DNA of 64,000 bases from an uncultured Chthonomonadaceae bacterium (GCA_963817895.1 CAWFQB010000014.1:416001-480000); one strand, 5' to 3'. Shown: positions 24,692-40,309, counted from the first letter of the stretch. Notes: generated from the letters alone by a model not told the origin. A program made the numbers and translations.

Positions 24692-27217
24692 TTACGGTTT
24701 AACACTGAGCCGCAGGAGCGTGAGCGAGTGAGGCAGGAATGTTCTGCGGAACGATGCCGAAGCGTTGGTAATCGATTCCTGCTTCGGCGCAATGTTCATC
24801 GGCTGTTCGACGGTATTCATCGCTCCCGGTTCGCCGGTAAGAACGACGGCTGTGCCTTTCGACTCTACTTTGCCGACTCCCCGAAGGCGAATATCCATGT
24901 CTACCGGATCGCTGCCGGGGTTAACGACCTTGACAAAGACCGTGTGATTGGAAGCGGTATACGTTGCCGAGGTGATGACCGGAGGCGGGGCGGAAGCGAC
25001 AGCTTCGTTTGTCTCCGACACGAGTTTGCCGTCCACGAAGCCGCGAATATGATGGCCTGTCACCTCCAGTTTGAGGTCGTACCAGCGGCCCGTTTCCACC
25101 ATAAACGGGACGCCCTCCCCATAGGGCACACGATCCCCGTTATCAGCAGCTTCAAATCGCGCCAGCGTGTTGCCCCACCCTCCAACATTCCACCAGCGGT
25201 AACTGTCACGGTCTTTCGCATGGAAGAGAACAATGAAACCTTCGCGGCCTGCCATTTTGCGCGCCCGGAGCTGAATCGTGTAGTTGGTCCAGTTTGCATC
25301 GCCTGTTATAGCCCACGATTCGGAATCGCCGTTGACGGGCAGGATCGTATTATTTCGCCCATCCCATCTGCCGCCCGCAGTTTGCCAGCCGGCGAGGTTT
25401 GCCGTAGGCGCAACTGTCAGAAGAGCATGACCGTCCGGGGCTGTCACCTTGATGTCAGTGTATTCCACTTGCGTATGCCACGTTCCGACTCCGATACCGC
25501 CATGCGGCGAGGGTTCCGGCGTTGGCTGATACGGCTCCACTTTGAGGCCGGATGAGAGAGCGGTCTCGCCGCGATTTTTGGCAAGCATAGACTGGGCATA
25601 GTAGCTTGGCGAACCGAAACTGTTGAGCGCGTTGTAGCCAATCAGGTTTGTTCCCCACTGCGACGCGCCGGGATTCACGTTGACCAGCAGGGGCGCGTAG
25701 CATTCGATGGGAATCACGTCCGCATTCTGTTCCAGTTCCATAACGAATGCGGCGTCGGCAAGAGCGGCATTCAGGTTCGGCGTGGGGCGCCCCTCCTGCG
25801 TGGCCCACTCGCCCACAAATGTCTGGATACCGTCCGGCTGCCGCCCGTTCCATGCGCCGCCGTTGAACCGCAGCGGTTTCGCCTCGCCTGCCTGCGGGTC
25901 GTACTGACGCCCCTGCATCATCAACTGGCGCGCGCTGCGATAGAAGTGGTCATCAACCATATCGGGCTTGAAACTCTTGACCGGAGCGGTCGCGATAATT
26001 TTGAGATAGGGATATTTCGCGCGGATCGCTTTCGCCATTTGCGTGAACCGGCCATCGTAACTTCCCGATCTGTCGAACCAGTCTTCGTTGCCGATTTCCA
26101 CATAGCGCAGAGTGAATGGTTCGGGTAAGCCGTCGGCCGCGCGCTGTTTCCCCCATTTACTGGTCGCCGGCCCGCTGACATATTCGATCTCTTCGAGAGC
26201 TTCCTGAGTATACTGCTCCATCTCCGGGCTGCCCGCATCGACATGGTTCCCGTTTAGAACATAGCCCGCAAAAACGGCCAGAATCGGTTCGGCTTTGAGC
26301 TGCTTACACCACAGCAGATATTCCGGCATACCAAACCCATCGGAGGAACGATACCCCCAGCAACCCATGTGACCCGGACGCAGTTCGGCGGGACCGATCA
26401 TTTGTTTCCAGTTGAAGCGGGTTGGGAACGTGCTGCCCTCCACATAGTTGCCTCCGGGCAGGCGGATAAATGCCGGACGCAGATCCTCCATCAGCTTCAT
26501 CAAGTCCGGGCGCAACCCGTTGGGCGTATTTTTGTACGTCGGTGGGAAGAGCGACACAAGGCTGAAGGACACGCTGCCGGTTCCCGCAGCGGAAAGGACG
26601 AAACGGGCTTTCGTCGTAGTCGGCGCATCGTGGCCGGTCGTGAGTGTGACGGTATATTTTCCCCACGCGCCGGAGATCGGCTTCGTGGTCGCTTTCGCAA
26701 CGGTGGCGTTGCCCTCATCCGCGACGAGCGATGCCGTTATGGAACCCGTAAAGCCCTGTCCGCTTTTGGCGTAGAAACTGGCGGTGTATTTGGTGTTGGG
26801 CCGAACGGGAATGCCCCAGTAGCCGTCGTTCGCCACGCCCGCCGAACCACCGGAGAGGTCGAGACGCAGGCTGATCGGCAGGGCGCTGTTCACCGGATCG
26901 TTGCGCTCAATACTCGCCTTGCCGCCCCCAATCAGCGACCAGTGGACGGGCAAATCCTGCTGCTGCGCCTGCTGGCGACGGGGAGGCGGGTCCTGAAAGG
27001 TACGGTTCTGAATCAATTCGGCAAAGAGTCCGCCGTCGTAGCTGTGGTTGATCTCCTCGGTCATAAGACCGCCAAAGGTGGGCGGTATCGCCGGACCTTT
27101 CTTGCTCAGGTCAATGTCAAGCGTCGCCTTTACATCTGCGCGCGCTGCCTGTATCGGCAGGGAGCAGAAGGCTGATAGAAGCGCGGTATACGCGGCTGCG
27201 GGTCGCAAAGTTTTCAT
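24692..27217 (-). CDS. GH51 alpha-L-arabinofuranosidase (secreted, with inserted lectin-like domain)
   Basis: EEINHSYDGGLFAELIQNR, RLPGGNYVEG, VEIGNED, FVGEWA. Confidence 0.9.
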   Translation of the reverse strand: MKTLRPAAAYTALLSAFCSLPIQAARADVKATLDIDLSKKGPAIPPTFGGLMTEEINHSYDGGLFAELIQNRTFQDPPPRRQQAQQQDLPVHWSLIGGGKASIERNDPVNSALPISLRLDLSGGSAGVANDGYWGIPVRPNTKYTASFYAKSGQGFTGSITASLVADEGNATVAKATTKPISGAWGKYTVTLTTGHDAPTTTKARFVLSAAGTGSVSFSLVSLFPPTYKNTPNGLRPDLMKLMEDLRPAFIRLPGGNYVEGSTFPTRFNWKQMIGPAELRPGHMGCWGYRSSDGFGMPEYLLWCKQLKAEPILAVFAGYVLNGNHVDAGSPEMEQYTQEALEEIEYVSGPATSKWGKQRAADGLPEPFTLRYVEIGNEDWFDRSGSYDGRFTQMAKAIRAKYPYLKIIATAPVKSFKPDMVDDHFYRSARQLMMQGRQYDPQAGEAKPLRFNGGAWNGRQPDGIQTFVGEWATQEGRPTPNLNAALADAAFVMELEQNADVIPIECYAPLLVNVNPGASQWGTNLIGYNALNSFGSPSYYAQSMLAKNRGETALSSGLKVEPYQPTPEPSPHGGIGVGTWHTQVEYTDIKVTAPDGHALLTVAPTANLAGWQTAGGRWDGRNNTILPVNGDSESWAITGDANWTNYTIQLRARKMAGREGFIVLFHAKDRDSYRWWNVGGWGNTLARFEAADNGDRVPYGEGVPFMVETGRWYDLKLEVTGHHIRGFVDGKLVSETNEAVASAPPPVITSATYTASNHTVFVKVVNPGSDPVDMDIRLRGVGKVESKGTAVVLTGEPGAMNTVEQPMNIAPKQESITNASASFRRTFLPHSLTLLRLSVKP

Positions 27218-27323
27218 ATTTCATCTCAACTCACCGGGTTAGAATTGTTTGTAACAGGATTTGGAAGCGCTGTCGGGTATGCGGCACTCATGGCGTGTTT
27301 GTGCCGCATACTGCCGCATCGCG

Positions 27324-29402
<2,079 letters not shown>

Positions 29403-30482
29403 TCAGGTAGGAGGAGACATGCAGGTCGCCCCCTCCAGCATGGTTACCGGAATGCTTCTCTCCGGCAAAGGCGTTTCAGGATTTTGGATTTTCTCAAGCA
29501 ACATATCCACGGCGGATATGCCTACCTGTTCCATGGCGTTGCTCACCGTTTGAATGGGAATGAAGAAGCGGTCATCAATCCCGTGATGAAACTGAAGCAG
29601 AGAAAGGTCTTCGGGGATGCGCAAACGCAGTATATACGCCGCGCGAACCACCGCCATTGCCTCCGCGAGTTCGTACGCGATCACGGCGGTGGGCCGGTCT
29701 TGACGCGCCAGCAAATGCAGCGCCGATTCCACCCGTTGATCCACACCGGATTGTCCGGCTGCCTGCCAGTCTTTCGGGAGCAGCCAAACACGGACGTTTC
29801 TCCCCGTCCCTGTCATGGTTTGTTCATAGCCCAGGCGACGATCCTGCTTGCTGTAATGCCGATTTCCTGGTTCGTGGGTATCTACATAAACAATGCGCTC
29901 ATGTCTGAGACGGAGCATAAAATCGGTCGCCATCCGTCCACCCATAAGGTCGTCTGGATGAACGCAGTCGAATTCTTGCCGAACGTTCAGGAAGACTGCG
30001 GGTATGCGAAGCCGGTGAATTCGTTCCAGATAAGGCAGCGTAGATTCTACGTGACGGTTAATCAAAACGCCATCTGCGGACAGGTCACGCAGGGTATGGG
30101 GAAGATAGGATTCCTCATCAAAGACATGCTCACGCGCCTGTGTCAATGTCAGGTGTAAATCTTTATCCGCAATCGCCCGTGTCAACCCATTGAGCAGTTC
30201 GTTGGGAAGATACTGTCCACATGTTGACTGAATCAGGGCAATATTTCCAAATCGCCCATCCCGAATAGCGCGCGCGGAGGCGTTCGCCCGGTATCCCAAC
30301 TCCTGAGCGGCTTCCAGAACCCGACGCTGCGTGTCGGGCCGAATGCGTAATTCCGCCGCCTTGCCGTTTAGAACATGCGTCACAGTCGCCCGCGAGAGAC
30401 CTATATGCGCGGCTATGGTCGCAATGGTCGGATGAGAAGTGCGCGTTGGCGGCGTTGATTGCAATTTGGGGTCTGTTGACAA
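29403..30482 (-). CDS. LacI-family transcriptional regulator
   Basis: HTH TIATIAAHIGLSRATVTHVLN, LGYRAN, RIPEDLS. Confidence 0.9.
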   Translation of the reverse strand: MSTDPKLQSTPPTRTSHPTIATIAAHIGLSRATVTHVLNGKAAELRIRPDTQRRVLEAAQELGYRANASARAIRDGRFGNIALIQSTCGQYLPNELLNGLTRAIADKDLHLTLTQAREHVFDEESYLPHTLRDLSADGVLINRHVESTLPYLERIHRLRIPAVFLNVRQEFDCVHPDDLMGGRMATDFMLRLRHERIVYVDTHEPGNRHYSKQDRRLGYEQTMTGTGRNVRVWLLPKDWQAAGQSGVDQRVESALHLLARQDRPTAVIAYELAEAMAVVRAAYILRLRIPEDLSLLQFHHGIDDRFFIPIQTVSNAMEQVGISAVDMLLEKIQNPETPLPERSIPVTMLEGATCMSPPT

Positions 30483-30683
30483 CTAGCATCCTCTCAATTC
30501 CGTGCCATCCCGAACATGCTAATTCGTGATAGCAGAGTATAACGCAGATCAACCATCGTGTCAAGCAATAATTTTCGAGTTTTCGATTTTATCCAATCCG
30601 TCCATAGTTCTGTTTCTCTTCTTCTGCCGGCGAGCGTAAACACGTGCGGGGCTAGCGCGAAAGAGGACCCGCATTTCGCCCGC

Positions 30684-31949
30684 TCATTTTATCGGAAGTG
30701 GAGGCAACACGGGAGCAAGCGGCGTGTTTTTGTGGAAAGCCTGTGTGATCTCCCCGGCGAGGCGCAGGTACCAGTCGCCTGGCAGGTCAAAGCCATCGGC
30801 GTCCAGGGTCAGCCAGTAGCCCTGATCCGGCGCGTCTGCGCGGTGAGAGGCCGCTTTGAACATAGCGGTTCCCTCGTTTACCTCGTCGAACATGGCGATC
30901 TTGAGCATATGCGCGCCCGCCGCGCGGGCATTGACCGCCTGACGCCACAGAAATTCGCCCTTCAGACGCGGGATCTGGTTTTGGGGTGAGCGGGATTGAG
31001 ATTGTGCCAGGAGAAACCGGGGAAGATGACCGGCATATAAAGCTGGTTATGCGCAGCCGTGGCCGCCAGGTCGGGGACGAGTTGCTCCGTTTTCCAGCGA
31101 TCGACTCCGGCAAGATCGCCATAGCGTCCCACTGTCCAGGGCTGAACTACGTCCATCGCCTGATACACGCCCGTCCAGCGCCGGATCGGGGTTCGCATCG
31201 CGTGTTCGGGAGCGCCAGTAGGCGGGCGTTCCGCCGATATAGGTCGTGCCCGCCGTATTCTGAAACCAGCGGATGATAGCGAGGGCTGCCGCGGTATCGG
31301 AGGGAGGATGGCTTTGATCGCTCAGTCCCATGCCCCACACGGAGACAACCGGCTTGCCCTTATGGTGCAGATAGCGCGGGCTTGCGGTGATATGCAGATC
31401 ATTGACCAGGTAGTTCCAGTCCTTCTGCAGAATGTCCGCCATCGTGTCGGCATGCGCGCCGCTGATATCGTACTCGATGGCGAAGGTTCGGCCCGTCTTC
31501 TCCGCGGCGGCCATGATGTTCTTCAGCACGCCATCGCCCTGCGCCCGGCTGCCGGGTATATCGCTGAGGAAGCGCTGCACCAGCACGCCGTCAAGCCCAT
31601 ACTGCTTCATCCACTCGAAGTGCTTCATCACGACGTTCTTGTTGAAGGAAGAGAACAGGTAGGCGGGCTTGGCGCCGATCGTCTCGCCGGGGATAGGGCA
31701 GAGATCCTTCGTATCAAACTCGCTCAGATCGGGGTAGAGGTCGACGGTCATGGAATCGGCGGACGGAACGCCGCGCGACCAGTGGCTCCAGCCGACATTC
31801 GAGCCGTCGCCGGGCGTGCGGAACCAGCCCTGATAGCCGAACAGCACCTTGCCGTCCAGCGTGGAGGCATCGACGGTCTTCTGCGCGCCGGCGACGTTCA
31901 CAGCGGCAAGCAGGAATATCACGAGAAGAGCGGGAACGGAAATGTTCAT
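30684..31949 (-). CDS. GH71/99-like glycoside hydrolase, frameshifted
   Basis: VLFGYQGWF, HFEWMKQYGLDGVLVQRF, FPGFSWHNL, AMFDEVNEGTA across three ORFs. Confidence 0.75.
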
Positions 31950-31971
31950 GGAATCTCCTGTCAGTTTAAGA

Positions 31972-34828
31972 TTAAGGCCCGTTTAAGACCCGAAATGTGT
32001 ATTCCCCGGACCCAACGTGAAATACCGCCGAGCCGGCTTCCATGCGCGCAAAGGAGACGCCGGACGCCTTCCGGGCCACTGCGCTTCCCTCCTGTACATC
32101 CTGTTCCCGGCGCGGCGGGAACATACACCGTAGCGGAGGTGTTGGGAGGCACAACAATGCTTAGATACAGGACGCCTCCCTGCTTGCGCCACTCACTGAT
32201 CGCCAGTCCGCGTACACTGCGATAGCTGCCCCGCGCCCAGGTGAGGTCGCCGACTATGCGCGGTTGAATGCGAATCTTGTCGAAGCCGACTGCGTCCGGT
32301 TCCACGCAGATGCCCGCCAGTGACTTCTGAAACCAGGCGCTGATGGAACCGAACATCGGGTGATTGTGGGAGAATGTATTGTCGCTGAACTCCCAATGCT
32401 CCCACAGCGTTGTGGCTCCATTTGCCAGCATCCATCCCCAGCCCGGAAACGTCTGCTGGCTCGCGACGGTATAAGCCACGTCTGCGTGTCCTCCTTCGCT
32501 GAGGGCGCTGAGCAGGGCCGGCGTGCCGAAGATGCCTGTAGTCAGATGGCCTCCATGCGTTTGCGCAACGTCCTGCGCCAGCACCTCCATAGCCGCCGCT
32601 TCTTCTGATGGAGGCACGAGACCATACTGGAGGGCCATCGCCTGGCACGCCTGGGTTGCCGTGTCGTAGCGCCCCGTTCCCGCCACAAGGAATCTCTGGT
32701 TGAACGCAACGGCGATCGTTGCCGCCTCCTGCGCATAGTCATGAGCGTCCAGCCTGTCGTCCCAACGCCCGCGCCATTTTCTCCAGCAGGCGCGCATTGT
32801 AGTAGTAGAAGGCGGTGCCGGTCAGCGCTGTGGGCTTGGCGACGAGGCTCTCGTGATCGCTGATGCCGTTGTCCAGAATGTGATCCACGGCCTTTGACGG
32901 AGCAGGGCAAACCAGTGCTGCCCTTCGGGTACTGCTCCCGCAGCGTTTTGCGGTCGCCATACATTACATAGCGCTGCCAGACGAGCTGAGGATGCGCCGT
33001 GCCCCACTCCACCGGTCCCGCGCCTTCTCCCAGACCCGCGTCCGCAATGCCTACAAACGGCGACGGTTTCGGTAAAACCTCCATTCGGCCGCGCGGAGTC
33101 CGCCAGGTCCAGCATAGACTTCTCGTAGAAACGCGCCATGTCGAAGTTGAGCATCGCTGTTTCGCTGGTCGCCACAATATCGCCGCCATAGCCGAATTTC
33201 TCACGGTGCGGACAGTCGGACTGGACACTGAACAGATTGCTCAGAAACGTGTTTTCTACCATCGTCTGAATGCGCGTGAGCATCGGGTTGGAACAGGCGA
33301 AGTCACCGACTTTCTCTACATCGGCGTTCAGCCCGATGCCTTCGACAGCGTCTTTTGGAGGTATGCCCGGATAGCCGGTCACTTCGACGTAGCGGAAGCC
33401 GTGAAAGGTGAAGCGGGGCGTATAAATTTCGAGCGTTTTTCCTTTACAGACATACGTGTCGGCCTGCCATGCTGTCGCGGGAGCCTGTGATCCTGCCTCG
33501 ACCCTGCGCCCTTTAATCTGCCCGGTCACAGAGGTCAGCGGGTTGAGGGTACCGTCGGGATTCAGCAATTCCCCATAGCGCAGCGTCACGCGCGTTCCAG
33601 GCATACCCTCAACCACTCGCAGGCGCGCCCAACCCGCAAAGTTTTGTCCCAGATCGAAAAGGTACACGTCGGGGCGGGGCTGTGTCCTTGCGCGCGCGAG
33701 AAAGCGGCGCGTGGCGCGAATGGGTGGGGAAATCTGGGCGGACAGACTGCCGATGGGTTCCCGCGCAGGCACAGCGTACTTCCAGATCTCTTCGTCAAAG
33801 CCGGGGCGGTCCCAGTCCGGCTGTTCCCGGCGCGCATCGTAAGCCTCGCCCAGATAGACGCTGTTCTTGCGGATTGGACCGTCATGCGTCTTCCACGTCG
33901 TGTCCGTTACGAGGGTCTGGCGTGTGCCATCTGTATACGTAATCTCCAATTGCAGGAGGGCGCGCGGCGCGCCGATGGCGAGATGCTCGCGCAGGTTGAG
34001 ATGGCCCCACATCCGCAGGGGAAGTGGATCATACCAGCCGTTGCCCAACACGATCCCCACCGCGTTTTGACCCTGTTGCAGCGCAGACGTGACATCATAG
34101 GTGGCGTATAGCACCCGTTGCGAATAGGCCGTCCAGCCCGGATCAAGGACATGATCGCCCACTTTGCGGCCGTTGAGGGTAAGCTCATAGTAGCCTAGCC
34201 CACTAACATACGCCCGGGCGTATCGGATGGGTTTGCCGACGCGGAACTCCTTGCGCAGCAGGGGAGCGGGAGTATCACCGAAGTATGCCTCCTCGGTTGG
34301 CGGGGGCGGCACATCCTGTCGTATCCACTGCGCGCGCCAATCAGAGGGATGGAGCAGCCCCATCTCCCAGAAAGCGGAACCTGCTGTGGAGGAGGGCCTC
34401 CCTTGCCCATCCCACACCTGTACGCTCCACCAGACGCGCTGCCCGGAGTGCAGGGGACGCCCATTATATTCCACGCCTACAGTCTGTGTGGAGGCTATTC
34501 GTCCGCTGTCCCACAGGTCGGCCAGGCCGGTTTGCAGCCGCTCCGCGCTGCTGGCAACCCGAAGGCGATAGGCGCTCTGACGCAGCCCCCGCGCATGGGG
34601 CGCAACAGCCTTTAACTCCCAACTCAACCGTGGATGGGCAGTGTCTACACCTATGGGAGCATCCGCATACTCGCAACGCAGCCGAACGGCCTTCATAGCG
34701 CAGGGAACTACGCTTACACCCTCCTTATGGGCCGGTTGCGCTCTGGCCGCGAGCAGCGTGCCGCGTGAAAGGATCAACAGACCACTCACGAGCCATGTAT
34801 ACCAGATCATGGAACAGTTTTCTCTCAC
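31972..34828 (-). CDS. GH78 alpha-L-rhamnosidase, frameshifted
   Basis: LRCEY..P, DLWDSG, SGLGYYEL, DLGQNFAG, FTFHGFRY, SDCPHREK, GATTLWEHW, SHNHPMFG. Confidence 0.88.
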
Positions 34829-34935
34829 TACGTAAACCTCTGTGCGCCGTATGATCCGGCAATATATTTCCTGTCAGGCCTTTCAAGCAACCCCGGATTA
34901 CTATAACCTGACTGCTCGCTATTACAGGAGGACAC

Positions 34936-36663
34936 TCACTGCGGCGATTGGCGTACGACTATTGGGACATAGCCGATCGTCCATTCCCGGCGGCGGCTGA
35001 ACCAGAAGCGCCGGGTCAAGCATCGCGACCGTTCCTGTGCCGGGCGGAGGCATGTACTCCTTCCGGGGCGTCCAGGCGGCGTGAATCTTCTCCACAATGG
35101 CCTGCAAACGCTGCTTCTCCGCGCCGCTCAGGTCCGCATCTTGCAGCGCGGGCTGGTCTATGAAGCGGTACCAGTAGTAAGTGACCACACTGCCGTCGGA
35201 AAGCCTGGCCCGGAATGGCCCCGCTTTCGGACCGGGCTTGTGCCAGCAATCATCTCCGGCCTCAGGCGAGGTATAGGATGCGTCTGCAGTGGCCGGAAGG
35301 AACCGCGCCGTCTTCAACCCGGTTGCGTCCGGCACTGCGTCTGCGGCAACGGCTGCCATTTCGTTCCCCTCCTGCTTGAAATACTCTGGGAAAGACCCGC
35401 GCCGAACCTTGCCGGTCCAGGGCGTGAGCGCAGAAGGCTGCCACTGCAAACCGAACGTACTCCTATCAAACGCGACAGTTTCCACCCATTTCTCGAAGTT
35501 GCGAATGGGACGCTTCTCCGCTCCCTGGCGCACGGCAAGGGGACGGGCTTTGCAGGGCGGAACCAGAGCGCCTTTCGCATCGAATTTGCCGGAGGGTGCG
35601 GCTTCCCCCGGCCAGCCAGCGCTCCACCTGCCGATACAAGCGCGTCTTTGGAGTAGTGCGTCAGATTGTGGATGAGGATGGTGCGGCCCTCCTTATCCAC
35701 CGGGAATTGCAGACGCGGGATACGGGTATAGGTCACTGCCGTCCGCATCCTGACTGAGGAAACGCGGCACGGTATTGATCTCGATAGCGCCGCCGGTCAC
35801 CAGACCCGGTCGGGTGTCCAGTCCCCGCGCAATGGCGGGCGGGTGCTGCCGGGAGATACGGCTCCAGGTGACGGGCGTGTAAAACGCCACCGGCCCTTTG
35901 AAGTTCTTGGAATTGAGGAAAAGCGTCCAGCACTGGTTGCCGGTGGGAATGGGCAGGCCGGCGGTCGTGGATTTCGGCTTCGGTCAGCGGCAGCGCCATC
36001 CAGGCATAGCCCAGGAGGTCGCCGCAGGTTCCGTTCCGAAACGTCAGGCCGTCCGGCGGAACCAGCAGGCGCGGGCTGAGTTGCGCAATGCCCATCTGGT
36101 CCGGCTGGAGCGCTTTGGTATTCCCGAATCCCCATCCCGGCGACGATATCTCGTGGTTGTAGCCATTGGCCGTGCCGTTCATGCGGAACTTGGCCGTCGT
36201 CAGCTCCAAAATGGGTACTGCCCCAGAAGCCCAGCCCGCCTTCGATGGTCTGGAAGACATCGCGGTAGCTGGGGCCGCGTTCCGGCCAGTTGTCGCGGGC
36301 CACCGTGCCCCTGGGCAGCAGCGGAGTGTTGATCTTGCGGTTCTCCGGCACGATCCAGATGGAGGCAAGGCCGATCTGAAAGTCGCGCAGGGGCCGCTCC
36401 ACCAGAGGCCAGGCGGTGGCGTAAAGGCTGACGCCGTACCCATACTCCTCCGGCGGGGCCGGAACCTCCATGCTGATATAGCCCGCCAGCCCTTCCGAAA
36501 CGAGCTGTGGCGTTGGCAAGGCCGGGGATGGCGTCTGAAGTTCCTGATTGAAATTTTCCACAGGAGGCAACCCTTTTTGGGATTTTGCTCTCTCCTCCGC
36601 ATGAACAAAGAGAGCGCTGCTGCCGAGCAGACAGACCAAAAGTGTACGTTGTCGAACGCGCAT
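34936..36663 (-). CDS. Secreted hypothetical protein, several frameshifts
   Basis: Overlapping ORFs give a continuous protein-like path (FQTIEGGLGFW, GYAWMALPL, VTYYWYRFIDQP, GYVPIV). Confidence 0.55.
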
Positions 36664-36730
36664 GTGTTTTGTTCCTTAGAGAAGGATACCGCCCAAAGTG
36701 TCTTGGTCCGGGTGTCAACGGATTTGCCGT

Positions 36731-37063
36731 TCAATTCCGGCAAAGAGGGTCTTTAGCTATGCCAATCGTGCAGCGTCGAGACAGGGACGCCGCGACCGCG
36801 CGAAGATTTTCCCGCAACCGCTCCTCACTGTGAAAGCCCACACAGCAGGCACTGATCTCCTGCGCCAGAACAAAGCGCAGCGCGGCTTCAGGGATGCTGT
36901 AAGGCTGGAGAAAATCCAGGAGCGTTGGGGTGTCGTATGGTGGGACAACGGGAAGATTGCCGTCCGCGATGTGGCGACGAATACATTCTAAAGCGGCATT
37001 CACATGCATAAAAGTCTCTGACGAAAGTGCGGGCGTTTCGTAATGCAGCATTTGGCCTCTCAA
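36731..37063 (-). pseudogene. 3' fragment resembling an aldo/keto reductase C-terminus
   Basis: IPEAALRFVLA...VG...ERLRENL; no N-terminal part. Confidence 0.4.
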
Positions 37064-37136
37064 CTTGTGATAATGCTCGAATAGGCGGTCAGCCGAGGAT
37101 TTCCTACAGACTGCCGCAATATCTGTTCTCAGGACA

Positions 37137-40100
37137 TTATTGCTTGTTTGCGCCCCCGCTAAGGGTACTGCCAGACTGCACCTTATACGCCCCTTGGGTA
37201 TTGCGGGTCAGGTCACAGCGCCATGCCTCGGCAACGCTCTGATCGTCCGCCAAAATCCCGGCAAGTTGATTGCCATTGAGGGTGCAATCCCGCAGTTCGG
37301 CGCGGCCGGAATGGAGAGCGATTCCTGCGCCGCCGTTACTGTACAGGGGGCTTTTCTCCACGGTTGCATGGCCGCCACTTCCAATCCAGATGCCGTCGCG
37401 CGTATTATGATGCGCCTGGCAGCGTTGAATAGTCCCATTGGCTTTGTCGCTGACGCTGATGCCCACCGCTGCATTGCCGAAGACAAAACAATCCTGGAGG
37501 CTGCACACGCTGTTCGCGCCTATCTTGACGCCATCCTCCTTGTTATTGAATACCTGACAGTGATAAAACTCCCCTTTACCGCCGTCTATTACGCTTACGC
37601 CGGTCCACCCGTTTGTGCCGATGTCACAGTCTCTTACGATTCCGTAGCCGCCGCGTCCGATCCAGATGCCGTGATGCTGATTGTTCTGCGCCCGGCAACG
37701 CAGTATGGTTGCCGTCGCGTTATCGCCAACGCCCACGCCTGCCGACACATTGCCAACCAGGATACAATCCTGCAGGCTGCCCGTGCTGTTCATGCCCAGC
37801 CACACGCCATTCTCCTGATTGTTCAAAACCTGACAGCGATAAAGGGTCAGTTTACCGCCATCTACGATGTTTGCGCCTTTCTCCCCGTTCTTGCCGATGT
37901 CGCAGTTTTCAGCAACGATCTGGCCCTCCTGGGTCGCCGTAATCCCCTGATGCGCGCCATCATGAATTTTGCAGCGTCGTAATAAAATGGAACCGCTGGC
38001 CCGCGCGAGTACATTTGCGGAGGGACTGCCGGAGAGGTCGCAGTCCTCGAATTGCGCCCTCGCATGGGCGATCACGAGGACGCCTTCCTCTTTGCAGTCG
38101 TGAACCCAACACTTCGTCGCGAAAACATCGGTTTTCTCGCCGGACGCGATCAACCCCGCCCCCGTCTCGGAACTGAGAGCGCAGTTGAACAGGGTCAAAC
38201 GTCCTGACGTAATTCCTGCCGCAGGGACGGGCTTGCCCGCAGGCGCGCCTTGAACGCGCAGAATGATTCCACGCAGTGTCACATCCGCCTCCTGCACGAA
38301 GACGCACGGGCTGCCTGTTGCCTCGATACGCACTTCTCCCGCCGGATTGTTGCTCGTCAATTCCACAGACTTATCAAGTACGAGGCTCTCTTTGTAAATT
38401 CCCGGATCAATAAAAATGCGCGTCCCGGCAGGAACATTGCGGATGGCTTCGGTAATGGAAGCGAACTGTCCCTCGCCATTCTTGCTTACCGTGATGTGGG
38501 GCGCAAGATAGACTCCCAGAGCTAAACGCGCCGTAACTTCCTCTTGCGCCTGCTCCCAGGCGTCCCGCTTGATCTGGCCTCCCGGCGTTTGCAGCACCGC
38601 CAGCAAAGGCGCAAGGGAGGCGTTGTCTTGCAGCCGCGCCTGAAGGAGTTCAGGGCTGACTCCCATCTCCGCCGCCGCCTGCATCAAATTAAGCGGCGCA
38701 TCGTATTTTGTCGCGAGGGCGACGATGGGTTCCGCGCTGCCGATTTCCGCGCCCGTCGCGTGGATGCCGGCAGCATAACGCTTATTGTCCCCTTCCATCA
38801 GGGCGGCAAGGCGCGAAGGTTCCACATACAGCCCCAATGCCCGGTCGCGGTCGTAGTCCGGGGTCGGGGTTTTCTCAATCACAGCGCGCACCTGATCCTG
38901 GAAGCGTCTGAGTCCCTGCGTGTGACAGGTCATGCACGTCAGTCCATTGCGGACAACCGGGTCGCTTGCGTTCTCCTTGTTGGTGACGATTTCCACCGGC
39001 CCCGCGTTGATTCGTTCTCCATTGCTGTTGACAAGCATATAGCCCTGCAATCCATTGGGCAGGTTGAAGATGATTTCCCCGCCCGCCACATCAAAGAAGA
39101 TTGGATTCTGAAAGATGTTTTGCTTGCCCACGCTGGAACTAAAATCATACGAGCGCCAGTAGGCTCCAAATGCGGCGTCATGCCGCTCCACAATGCGATT
39201 GTTGCGTGACACGCCGCTCTCGCCAAATCCGGCGCGTCGAGCGTTTCCTTGCCGAATATTCCTGTTCGCATCGATCCCCAACTTCGCCTCAAGCTCGAAG
39301 ACGGTGCGCGGCAAGCCCAACAGTGCGTGATAGAGTAAGGGTTGTCCAGCGCGCGCCACAAACCAATCGGCGCGCGCGCACAGCATTTCACAATCGGTAG
39401 CGGCGCGAACGCTCTGCCCGACGGCGGTTTGAGCGACAACGGCATAAGGATAGAGCGTGACCAGTTTGCGCCAGGTGTCCGCCGTCCAGGAATAGTGGCG
39501 TATATCAATGCGCAGAATAGTCTGGGCGGCATCTACGGGCTGCGGCACGGCAATGCGTTTCTGCCACGACAGACTGTTGAGGAGTTTGGACAGGGCAAGG
39601 CTATACGCATGGAGAGCGTCGTCGCTGACGCCGGCATTATAGAGATGGGTAAGGGTAAAATAGCGCGTGTATTGCCGGTCAGGTTCCTTGATTCCGTCGA
39701 TGATCTGCCCTGATAGCCGTATAAGTGGTTTCGGTAGAAATGAACTTGCGCGAACCGGAGGTAGACTTTCCGATGCCTTCCGCACCCGCTTCGATCCAGG
39801 CTTTGAGAGTTGCTTTCTCGTCCGACGTAAGAGCGTCCTGTCGGCTTTTGGGCGGCATTGGGTCATTGGGGGAGAGAACGGCGCGGATGTAGATGCGCGA
39901 ATGTGCCGGGTCGCCGGGCTTAATCTGGTTTTTGGCTAGCATCGCAACGCGATCATTGATGTCAAACCCGGCGGTGGCATCCGCGCCGTGACATTTGCTG
40001 CAATGCGTGGTAAAGATCGCCTGCGCCTTTTGCGGCAGTTCGGAAGTATTTTGGGCGCCAGCATCCTGTCGGCTGTCAACAAGGACAAGCAGCGTCAGGA

Positions 40101-40143
40101 AGAGAGCGAGACCAACCCGGATGGATAAATGGAGGGGCAACAT
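37137..40143 (-). CDS. Planctomycete-type cytochrome c domain + second heme-motif domain + right-handed beta-helix; frameshift near 39720
   Basis: Signal peptide, CSKCH, PGDP..S, MPP...WIEAGA; CMTCH; about 400 aa of parallel beta-helix repeats (N..GI.V...A..TI..C). Confidence 0.75.
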
Positions 40144-40270
40144 GGTTTTCAATTTAACATCCCCTTGTTAACGAGGCTTACGCGCCGAAACAACTTTTCT
40201 AAATTCCTACTCTTGCATCGAACAGCAACCTGGCCGCTTTTCGTAAGTGATTAAGAGCATACAGACCTGG

Positions 40271-40309
40271 ACGAAATCAGCGTTCCGGTAGTAGGGGCGC
40301 TGATTTCGT
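40271..40309. terminator. Hairpin downstream of hyi fragment 1
   Basis: ACGAAATCAGCG-15 nt-CGCTGATTTCGT. Confidence 0.6.
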